Part shown: piece after piece, positions 53,639 through 60,868 of the stretch | Numbering within the stretch: position 1 is the first letter of the stretch | Layout of the letters: each line of letters opens with the position of its first letter | Virus record (IMG/VR): IMGVR_UViG_3300035670_000219 | Location: 1 to 60,868 of that record | Direction: 5' to 3' (one strand) | DNA length: 60,868 nucleotides | From: a virus | Taxonomy: Duplodnaviria > Caudoviricetes | The notes under the pieces: model-generated | What the model was told of the DNA's origin: nothing | The model's input: the letters and a program-made list of their open reading frames with translations, nothing else | Database searches by the model: none | Made by a program: the position numbers and the translations under genes

Positions 53639-54130
53639 TTTTATTTTTAAAATGGCTAAAATTTCTACAAAATTTGGGCAAAGCCCTGACTTCTTTGGTC
53701 GCGAAGATTACCTGGAAAACTTAAAACGGGGCGTCAGCAGTCAAGAAATGCTTGACTTTGTCAAGGCTAACCCCAATTTAATGCGAGGCAAGCTTCAAGA
53801 GCAAGTTCGTGATGAAATGCGTCAAGGAGCTTTGCGAGAAGCACAAGAAAAAACTACTCGAGAGCGAGAAGCAAAAGAAAAAGCTGATCGAGAAGCAAAG
53901 GAAAAAAGTAGCACTACCAAAAACGAAACCTCTAAAATCGGAAAGAATACGGAAGTCGATCCTGGCGGAGCGATGGATTACCTTTCCGACGAGAATATTG
54001 GTAAATTCCAAGATCTTTTGAATCGCTTACAGCGCTCTAAGATGGAGCAATCCCAGCAAAGTGCGCGTGAATCTCGCAAGGGCACCTTTGCTCAGGGTAT
54101 TGCCAGCATGATGTCTAACTTCTGATTTTA
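53448..54130 (+). repeat. 196-bp near-identical direct repeat (53448-53643 and 53935-54130)
   Basis: Read directly; about nine substitutions, no indels. Confidence 0.9.
53652..54125 (+). CDS. paralog of the preceding gene with an added N-terminal domain
   Basis: C-terminal ~62 aa nearly identical to 53420-53638. Confidence 0.65.
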   Translation: MAKISTKFGQSPDFFGREDYLENLKRGVSSQEMLDFVKANPNLMRGKLQEQVRDEMRQGALREAQEKTTREREAKEKADREAKEKSSTTKNETSKIGKNTEVDPGGAMDYLSDENIGKFQDLLNRLQRSKMEQSQQSARESRKGTFAQGIASMMSNF

Positions 54131-54136
54131 AAAACC

Positions 54137-54352
54137 ATGGCAGACGAAAGGCCTGATCTTCCTTCTACAGAAGACGACTGGTTTGATATTGATAAATATC
54201 GCCAGGCGGCTGGTGTCGCCTATGAGTTTTCCAAGAAGAAAATGGAAGAAGCTGGTAAACAAGAACGTGAAACCCGTGGCCAACAACAAGAGTTCTCTCA
54301 ATCGGACGAAGCCAGGGACTACAAACAGTCTCAACGAGCGTATAAATTCTGA
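54137..54352 (+). CDS. small hypothetical protein
   Basis: DWFDIDKYRQAAGVAYEFSKKK...RDY.QSQRAYKF. Confidence 0.6.
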   Translation: MADERPDLPSTEDDWFDIDKYRQAAGVAYEFSKKKMEEAGKQERETRGQQQEFSQSDEARDYKQSQRAYKF

Positions 54353-54839
54353 TCTGTTTGAGCTTTGGCTTGACAATCAAGACTCGGCAACGCAGGAAGC
54401 ATTTCTAGCGTTTGCTGAGTCTAATTATTCCTTGATTGAGTGCTATCTCTACGCTCGCTTCCTGGGCTACTCTGGGGCCATATCCTCTTGTGATTGCTGG
54501 TATCAACAGAACTATCCCAAGCCTGACCACAGGGAGATTTTGTTATTTGAGATTCAGGAGATGCAAGAAGATATTAAAAAACTCCGCGACGACATTGAGG
54601 CTGGTGTTGTAAAACGTGATTCAGGCGTTGCTCGTATTGCGGCAATGCAAAAAGAATTACGTAGTACTATTTCTCAAGTTGAAACTTTTACATCTAATAA
54701 GGATAAAAAAGGTTTGTTAATGGCAGGTGCCGATAGAGCATTGCGTGAAATACTTTCTATTTTTAAAGATGAGCCCATTGAAGGACCTCTGCAAGATGCC
54801 TCAATGAGTGTATGGGCTAAAATGCAGTTAAGCGAATAA
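54222..54839 (+). CDS. hypothetical protein, candidate terminase small subunit
   Basis: Helical ~200-aa ORF two genes upstream of terL; start uncertain. Confidence 0.45.
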   Translation: MSFPRRKWKKLVNKNVKPVANNKSSLNRTKPGTTNSLNERINSDLFELWLDNQDSATQEAFLAFAESNYSLIECYLYARFLGYSGAISSCDCWYQQNYPKPDHREILLFEIQEMQEDIKKLRDDIEAGVVKRDSGVARIAAMQKELRSTISQVETFTSNKDKKGLLMAGADRALREILSIFKDEPIEGPLQDASMSVWAKMQLSE

Positions 54840-54844
54840 TTTTC

Positions 54845-54997
54845 ATGTCTAAAAATAAAATGCCTCCTGAACTCTTGGAGCATTTCAAAAAGAAAGAAGC
54901 CAAGAAAGAAGATGGCACAGAGATGAATGATAAAGAAAAGCGTCGCGCTGCTTTAGATAAAGCACGCAAGTATAAAGAACAGAAAGCAAAAAAATAA
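54845..54997 (+). CDS. small basic protein (50 aa)
   Basis: Hand-translated MSKNKMPPELLEHFKKKEAK...ARKYKEQKAKK*. Confidence 0.6.
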   Translation: MSKNKMPPELLEHFKKKEAKKEDGTEMNDKEKRRAALDKARKYKEQKAKK

Positions 54998-55028
54998 GTT
55001 AGTATCGTAGTAATTACGCATACTTTAC

Positions 55029-56555
55029 GTGGCTTCTCATATCCATCTTGCTTATCGACGTACAGCACTTGCCGCTGCAAAAAATCGTCAGATACGCAAG
55101 ACGGACAATCAAGAAGACCTGGAACGAGCACGAGAAGACTTTGGTTTTTTCTGTGAGTACGTCGCAGATAAACCACCTGCTCGGCATCACAAGGAATGGC
55201 ACAAGTACCTGGTAACACAAGACGATAGTCAGTGCCTTGTAAAAATTGGTGGACCGAATATTGATCTCTTAGCTCCACGGGGCTCAGCCAAATCTACCGT
55301 CCTTGGTTTGTTTACGGCATGGGCCATTGGAGTGCATACGGCCGACAAAAAACCATTGCAGATTCTTTATCTTTCTTATACGGTTGATATCGCACGTTCT
55401 AAGTCGGCAACGATTAAGAGAATCATTGAAAGTAAAAAATATCAAGAAGTTTTTCCAACGGTAAAGCTTTTAAAGAACGTAACCAGTAATGAGTATTGGT
55501 CAATTGACCATAAGTTTGCAGGTATTGATACAACCGGTGATGAGCAATTTACTCTTTGCGCTGCTGGCTTGAAAGGCTCGGTGACATCCAAGCGCTCTCA
55601 CCTTTGTATCATTGATGACCCTATTAAGAGTTCATCTGATATCTCTAACCCTGACATCAGGAAAATGATGCAGGACAACTGGAACGCCGTGATTGCACCA
55701 ACGATGTTCGAAGGTGCACGAGCGATTTGCCTTGGAACTAGATTCCGGCATGATGATATTCATGCGACTACTTTTAATGCGAATAACAACTGGATGCAGA
55801 TTGTCCTTCCGGCTGTTACCTCAGATCCCGTTACGGGAGATGAAGAATCTTATTGGCCGGAAATGTGGTCCTTATCGTATCTGAAAGAGAAAAAACGTCA
55901 GGCGCCAATTGCTTTTTCCTTTCAGTACATGAATCAGATTGTCAGACAGAACGAGTTGTCACTCGCTCCAGAACTCTTGATTAAAGCTGAGATTGCCACT
56001 GAGTTTGATTGTCTTGGCGTAGGGGTTGACCTATCCTCTGGCACAAAAGAAAAGAACGATTACACGGTGTTCGTATTGGGTGGTCGCATTGGAGACACGA
56101 TCCACATTATTGATTACCGCCGCTTGCGCGTCATGGGCAATCTAGAAAAACTAGATACTCTCAAAGAATTGCTTAATGATTGGTCCATCATTGGTAAAGA
56201 TCAAAACGATATTTATTTCCCTACTCATTCAACGTGTGACGTATGGTCTGAAGCGGTGCAGTACCAGGCTTCTTTAGAGGCTGATTTTAAACGCATCTGC
56301 TTGACAGGCGAAAATCTTTACAACTTAATTTGGCATCCGGTCAAGGGATTTCGTGGCGACAAACTTGCGCGTTTCCGTGGAATTATGGGTATGTTTGAAG
56401 ATCGCAAGATTATCTTCAATCGTTACCGAACCTTTACTGCAATGTTTGAGGAGCTGACCAACTTTGGTGTTAGCGGTCATGACGACTGTGTTGACGCCCT
56501 TGTATGGCTTGTGAACGGACTCATGAAGAAAGGAAAATTACAACTTGATTACTAG
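55029..56555 (+). CDS. terL: terminase large subunit
   Basis: APRGSAKST (Walker A), IIDDP (Walker B), GTRF..DD; nuclease GVDL, NDYT, DK..R, HDD.VDAL. Confidence 0.93.
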   Translation: MASHIHLAYRRTALAAAKNRQIRKTDNQEDLERAREDFGFFCEYVADKPPARHHKEWHKYLVTQDDSQCLVKIGGPNIDLLAPRGSAKSTVLGLFTAWAIGVHTADKKPLQILYLSYTVDIARSKSATIKRIIESKKYQEVFPTVKLLKNVTSNEYWSIDHKFAGIDTTGDEQFTLCAAGLKGSVTSKRSHLCIIDDPIKSSSDISNPDIRKMMQDNWNAVIAPTMFEGARAICLGTRFRHDDIHATTFNANNNWMQIVLPAVTSDPVTGDEESYWPEMWSLSYLKEKKRQAPIAFSFQYMNQIVRQNELSLAPELLIKAEIATEFDCLGVGVDLSSGTKEKNDYTVFVLGGRIGDTIHIIDYRRLRVMGNLEKLDTLKELLNDWSIIGKDQNDIYFPTHSTCDVWSEAVQYQASLEADFKRICLTGENLYNLIWHPVKGFRGDKLARFRGIMGMFEDRKIIFNRYRTFTAMFEELTNFGVSGHDDCVDALVWLVNGLMKKGKLQLDY

Positions 56556-56579
56556 TTTTAAAATAAAAAGAAAAGTCTT

Positions 56580-56876
56580 GTGATGGGACCCGAGTATATT
56601 GCTATAGGGCTAACCGCTATTGCCTCCTCAATCACAGGCGGTTCTTGGGTAGCCAATAAAATACTACAAAGGCAACACGAAAAAGTGCAGCAAGCTTTTG
56701 ATTACATCGGATCCCAGAAAAGACGGATTGATGTACTAGAAGATCAGATCAACCGAATGCCTTTGGATTACGTGTTAAAGGTTGATTTCTTAAGAGAAAT
56801 AAAAGAAATGCATGATAATTTTCGACAAATTAACGATAAGCTTGATAAGCTTATGGAAAAGATTTTGTCCAAATGA
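56580..56876 (+). CDS. membrane-anchored coiled-coil protein
   Basis: N-terminal hydrophobic segment; YVLK.DF..E.....I..KLDKL. Confidence 0.55.
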   Translation: MMGPEYIAIGLTAIASSITGGSWVANKILQRQHEKVQQAFDYIGSQKRRIDVLEDQINRMPLDYVLKVDFLREIKEMHDNFRQINDKLDKLMEKILSK

Positions 56877-57055
56877 GCTACATCCTTGAAGTCCAGGAAG
56901 ATAACAACGGAGACTGCTTCTTGGAATTACCAGATGAATTAATTGAAAGCCTTGGCTGGCAGGAAGGAGATCTGCTTGACTGGGATGTCCGTTCCAATGG
57001 GATTATTTTGTCAAAAGTAAACGATCCCACTGGCTACGAAGTATTAGAAGAGTAA
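56873..57055 (+). CDS. AbrB/MazE-type swapped-hairpin DNA-binding protein
   Basis: GD..LELPDELI..LGW.EGD.L.W......IIL.K. Confidence 0.7.
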   Translation: MSYILEVQEDNNGDCFLELPDELIESLGWQEGDLLDWDVRSNGIILSKVNDPTGYEVLEE

Positions 57056-57081
57056 AATAAAATTAAGAGAAGATTGCTTAA

Positions 57082-57453
57082 ATGACTACAAGTATCAAAG
57101 GTGGTATTCCGGTAGGCGGTAATCTTGCCTTTCGTGATCTTGTGTATCGTCCACAGATTGACGGTGCCCCTCAAATGATCCCCCTACCGTATTACGGTGA
57201 TCCGGGTGAGGTCATGAATTTGGCTCGTGATCCTAGTTTCAAGATCAACGCACCAAGCCCTTTCAAGAACATGCCTCAGTCTGAACTAGATCGGCTTAAA
57301 GATTGGGATAGCGATCCAGGTGCTCTTCAAGAATATTACAATCGCATTAATCTCCCCGGTCCAAAGTTATTCCCTCAGGCTTCTGTAATGGGAAATATGG
57401 GTAATGTTGCAGGTATGCTTCCTGGCGACATTGGTGCGAAATACGTTTACTAA
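57082..57453 (+). CDS. hypothetical protein
   Basis: ORF track. Confidence 0.55.
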   Translation: MTTSIKGGIPVGGNLAFRDLVYRPQIDGAPQMIPLPYYGDPGEVMNLARDPSFKINAPSPFKNMPQSELDRLKDWDSDPGALQEYYNRINLPGPKLFPQASVMGNMGNVAGMLPGDIGAKYVY

Positions 57454-57488
57454 ACTGCTAGTATCTATTCAAGACAACAGGATAAATA

Positions 57489-59771
57489 ATGGCAGACGCT
57501 AAAGCCAGGCTACAAGAGATCATCAATGCTTACATTGATAAAGACAGTTCTGTAACTGTTGATACCGGCATTGTTGCGTCCCACCTGGCTCAAATGAAAA
57601 TGTTTGGCATCCGCCAGGGTGTTGAATTTTTTCCAGGACAAGATAACTTCGGAAATCAACGCAAAGACTTTATTGACCGAGTTGTCAAATACAACCAGCT
57701 TGATGTACGCTTAGATTCCATCTGGGATTACTTTTTGTGTGATGGTACGGGCTTGTTTTATATACGCCCTACTACCAAGAACTACCGCATTTATTACTTC
57801 AGGGAGCATGAGTATAGAACTTTCTACAACGTAGATGGCGACCTGGAAGAAGTTGTGGTGATCTACAGCTATAAAGTTCGGCGCGGCAACGGTTTTGGCA
57901 GCATCAATACTACGAACTTGGTTGGTAAAACAACTTTAGAGAATACAGGTACCAAAAGATATATTCGCCTGTCAATCAAATCAAAAGAAATTACAGAAAC
58001 CCATTCTGAATCCGAGATGTCTTTTGACATGCCGGAGTTCATGGCCCCTGGTAAAACAAAGACTTTTGTTAACACTCTCAACTTTATTCCCTGTGTTGAG
58101 ATCTTCAACAATCCCAAAGGCTTCTCGAATGAAGGCGTAGGGGAGTTTGATGCGATGGCCAACCACATCATCACGCACGATGAAATGGTTCGCACCATGC
58201 GTAAGAACGTTCAGTTCTTTGGTAATCCAACTCTCCTCTCCTCTCGTCCCAAGACGGACTTGATTGAAGCTGGTGGCGACACCACAATTCAAAGACCTTC
58301 TATTGCAGCGAACTCTGGCTTTACAAGTCCCTCTTCTTTGAGCCAATCAATGTTCAAGGCTGACCCAGTCAGTCGCAGCATTGATGGTCAGATTCGTGTG
58401 CCAAGGATTATTGCAAACCTGGAACCAAACGACCGTGTTGGCTACATCGTTCCCGATGCTATCACTGGTGATCAGAATGCGTTTGCTCGTCAATATCGCG
58501 AAGAGATTCGTACAGCTTTAGGTGGTGTTGACGAATTGTCAATTTCTGCGGGTGTAACGGCAACAGAATATAAATCCCTCTTTGGTCGTGTATCTGCTAC
58601 ATCCAAGAAAAAAGCCAATGCCATTTATACGCATGGCATTTGTCGTTGCTTTGAATTGATTATTTATCAAGAAGAGCAACTCTTCAGGAGGACATTAGCT
58701 GCTTCTGCTGGTTTTGAAAAGCCTGTCCAACCATCTCCAGATGCACCACCGGAAGAATATGGTGCTTACGAAGAAGCCATGAAAGCCTTCGAAGATAAGC
58801 TAAAGTATCTGTTAATGGCTTGTATCGAAACAGGTCAATTACCACCCAAAGTACAAGGACTAATTCCTGATGGTGATCTAACTGTTCTGTGGCGTTGGTT
58901 AGGCCCGGTTTATGAGGACTCTACCCAAGACATCCTCAATAATTCAATCGTGGTCCGCAACCTACAAGAATTAGGTGTTGATAGCATTGAAGCACTGAAA
59001 TACCTCTTCCCGTCTAAGACGGATGAGGAACGGGCCGAGATGTTATCTGGGTTCCCATTCAGGATGGTTAACGAATTGCAGGGTGCTTATTCTGCATTCG
59101 CGAAACTGGTGGGGGGAATGATGCAGACTCCTCACCCGCAGGCACCAGACTTACCGATGGCTGCGGATCCAAGACTGGATTTGACTCCATATCTGTATCG
59201 AACATTAGAAGCCTTACAAAAGGAGATGAGTTATGCAGGACGCTACCGTCCAGTCGATCCCACAGACGAGCCAAGTACAGACAGCTCCAGCTCCGAGCAG
59301 CTACGTGGTTCCGTCAGCACCAGCAGCCCAAGCTTACCAAGCGGCTCCGGTGGCGTATCAGGTGGGTACGAGCTACCCCCAAGCAGTACCACAGGCGGCC
59401 CCCAGCTACCAATCCGCCCCTACTCAGTACGCCCCCCAATCCCAACCGGAGACGGCGGGCAGCAACCCATGGGAATCGGCGTTCAACAAAGTGGTGGGCC
59501 TGCTGAGCTCACCAGTGCAATCCCCGTTCCAGGGTCAACAATCGCCAGCGACGAGCTACAGCCCAGCCAACTTCGGGCAGCAAGCCAGCTACCTCAATAC
59601 GCCACAATCGGGTCAGCAGATCTCGTATCCCAACCAGACCTACTCGCCCAACTCTTCCCAAACCTCCTCGGCTCAATCCTTGGAGCAGGCAGCAAACTTC
59701 CTGAATCTGAGCGATCAAAGCCGGTACGTTCTAAGCGCGTACGGGGCAGAAGCTCCAGCAATTCTAAATGA
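57489..59771 (+). CDS. portal protein with long disordered C-terminal extension
   Basis: Position after terL and size; N.L.FIPCVE..N and FFGNP.L motifs; helical core. Confidence 0.7.
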   Translation: MADAKARLQEIINAYIDKDSSVTVDTGIVASHLAQMKMFGIRQGVEFFPGQDNFGNQRKDFIDRVVKYNQLDVRLDSIWDYFLCDGTGLFYIRPTTKNYRIYYFREHEYRTFYNVDGDLEEVVVIYSYKVRRGNGFGSINTTNLVGKTTLENTGTKRYIRLSIKSKEITETHSESEMSFDMPEFMAPGKTKTFVNTLNFIPCVEIFNNPKGFSNEGVGEFDAMANHIITHDEMVRTMRKNVQFFGNPTLLSSRPKTDLIEAGGDTTIQRPSIAANSGFTSPSSLSQSMFKADPVSRSIDGQIRVPRIIANLEPNDRVGYIVPDAITGDQNAFARQYREEIRTALGGVDELSISAGVTATEYKSLFGRVSATSKKKANAIYTHGICRCFELIIYQEEQLFRRTLAASAGFEKPVQPSPDAPPEEYGAYEEAMKAFEDKLKYLLMACIETGQLPPKVQGLIPDGDLTVLWRWLGPVYEDSTQDILNNSIVVRNLQELGVDSIEALKYLFPSKTDEERAEMLSGFPFRMVNELQGAYSAFAKLVGGMMQTPHPQAPDLPMAADPRLDLTPYLYRTLEALQKEMSYAGRYRPVDPTDEPSTDSSSSEQLRGSVSTSSPSLPSGSGGVSGGYELPPSSTTGGPQLPIRPYSVRPPIPTGDGGQQPMGIGVQQSGGPAELTSAIPVPGSTIASDELQPSQLRAASQLPQYATIGSADLVSQPDLLAQLFPNLLGSILGAGSKLPESERSKPVRSKRVRGRSSSNSK

Positions 59772-60216
59772 GTACGCCCTTCAACTCGAAGGGATGCTGG
59801 ATAGTGCTGTTGCCTGGGGACAAGATGCCCAAGCACGCATGGCAGCTGGTCAGCAACTGCTGAATGGCTATGCCGAATTTGCTATTGATGAGCACACCGA
59901 GAATCTTGCCTATAACGAGATTCTGACCAATCCCGATGTACTGAGCGATTACACGCTGCGTTTCTTTGGTCCCGAAGGTCCGTACCCTGTATACGAAAGC
60001 GAAGTTGAGCTTGAGACCCGTGGTTATCCCACTGCTCCCGTGAATGACTACGTTGGTCAGTTCCCTGCTCCTCCCGCAGCCGCTGCTCCCCAACAGCCTG
60101 AGAACTTCTGGGGCACCTTCAAGCAGCAAATGGATATGGATCCCAGTCAAGCCTGGCGCATCCTGAACCAAGCTCAGCCTCAAGTTGTTGCTAACAAACT
60201 GTTTGTGATGGAGTGA
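59233..60216 (+). CDS. scaffolding-like protein
   Basis: Pro/Gln/Ser-rich N-terminus and helical C-terminus; AAGGAG ribosome-binding site upstream; between portal and capsid. Confidence 0.55.
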   Translation: MQDATVQSIPQTSQVQTAPAPSSYVVPSAPAAQAYQAAPVAYQVGTSYPQAVPQAAPSYQSAPTQYAPQSQPETAGSNPWESAFNKVVGLLSSPVQSPFQGQQSPATSYSPANFGQQASYLNTPQSGQQISYPNQTYSPNSSQTSSAQSLEQAANFLNLSDQSRYVLSAYGAEAPAILNEYALQLEGMLDSAVAWGQDAQARMAAGQQLLNGYAEFAIDEHTENLAYNEILTNPDVLSDYTLRFFGPEGPYPVYESEVELETRGYPTAPVNDYVGQFPAPPAAAAPQQPENFWGTFKQQMDMDPSQAWRILNQAQPQVVANKLFVME

Positions 60217-60220
60217 GGCC

Positions 60221-60754
60221 ATGCGTCCACTTCTTAAATATGGTGTACCTGCTGCCGCCGCTTTAGGTGTTGGTGGGTACGCCCTTTCTCAAGGTGAAGA
60301 TCCAGGCTCCGCAATTCTTGCTGGAGCAGCTGGCGGCCTTGGTGGCGCAGCTGGTTTACTTGGTGCACGCGCACTTGCTGGCAAATACGCACCTGGCCTA
60401 TTAAAGGCTGTTAAAGAAGGTAAGGTCGCCGCCGAGAAATCTCTTCTAGAGTCTGCCATCGGTATGCCCGAAGGTTCCAGGCGCCAAAATGCCATCTTGG
60501 GTTTAATTGATAAATCTGTAGGGATTCCCATTCCTTCAGAGCAACAATTCACTCGTGGTGTTGGCAAGGGCATGGCTGCTGCCGCTGTACCTGCTGCAGC
60601 ACTTACTGCCGGTCTCGGTGGTGTTGCATTAGGTGCCATTCCTGGTGCAATGGGTATGCCGGGCTTCCAGCAAAGTGGCGCCATCGATCCCGAGTCGCCC
60701 TATGTATCCCAAAACCCCCGTGGCCTTGGGCCAACAACGATGCAGTACGTGTAA
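60221..60754 (+). CDS. Gly/Ala-rich hypothetical protein
   Basis: ORF track; hydrophobic Gly-zipper segments. Confidence 0.55.
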   Translation: MRPLLKYGVPAAAALGVGGYALSQGEDPGSAILAGAAGGLGGAAGLLGARALAGKYAPGLLKAVKEGKVAAEKSLLESAIGMPEGSRRQNAILGLIDKSVGIPIPSEQQFTRGVGKGMAAAAVPAAALTAGLGGVALGAIPGAMGMPGFQQSGAIDPESPYVSQNPRGLGPTTMQYV

Positions 60755-60770
60755 TAAATAAATTACCAAC

Positions 60771-60779
60771 TGCTAAAAT
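60771..60779 (+). promoter_or_regulatory. extended -10 promoter for the next gene
   Basis: TGC-TAAAAT, then hairpin AGATAAGAC/GTCTTTATCT and GGAGGA at 60838. Confidence 0.55.
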
Positions 60780-60852
60780 TTGTGTTAGATAAGACGTAAG
60801 TGTCTTTATCTTTCACCCGATAAAAAACATCGACACTGGAGGATAAACCAAG

Positions 60853-60868
60853 GTGTTTATTGATAGCT
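60853..60868 (+). CDS. start of the next gene, probably major capsid protein (partial)
   Basis: Strong ribosome-binding site then GTG-TTT-ATT-GAT-AGC; gene order portal-scaffold-capsid. Confidence 0.4.

Overview
The window is about 61 kb of a tailed cyanophage genome. The host assignment rests on an hli gene, an NblA-like gene, DUF4278-like and DUF5895-like genes and cyanophage-type tail-fibre ends. Layout: tail-fibre end and lysis (1-2.6 kb); a leftward block with a nested inverted repeat (candidate origin), glycosyltransferase, speD, primase-polymerase/SF3 helicase and exonuclease (2.6-11 kb); a rightward accessory block with hli, a methyltransferase, HNH genes and a tRNA/ncRNA cluster (11-16.4 kb); a ~28 kb leftward early/middle arm with Dps, Gp157-like, SSB, T7-like PolA, gp88-like, thyX, tRNA-Leu(TAA), PcfJ-like and many small ORFs (16.4-45 kb); and a rightward late arm with probable virion proteins, terminase, portal, scaffold-like protein and the probable capsid start (45.1-60.9 kb). 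The most unusual observations are non-coding. (1) A tRNA-Pro-like gene is split at its anticodon loop by a 485-bp insert that carries an HNH nuclease plus a complete, divergent tRNA-Pro(TGG). (2) The leftward arm is punctuated, mostly at gene junctions, by 17 copies of four classes of small structured elements with compensatory base changes, suggesting an RNA-based processing, stability or antitermination system. (3) Unidentified structured RNAs lie between the tRNAs. (4) Portal and scaffold-like genes overlap by 539 nt. All protein calls come from motif recognition by eye, and all RNA folds were done by hand; no database search was run.
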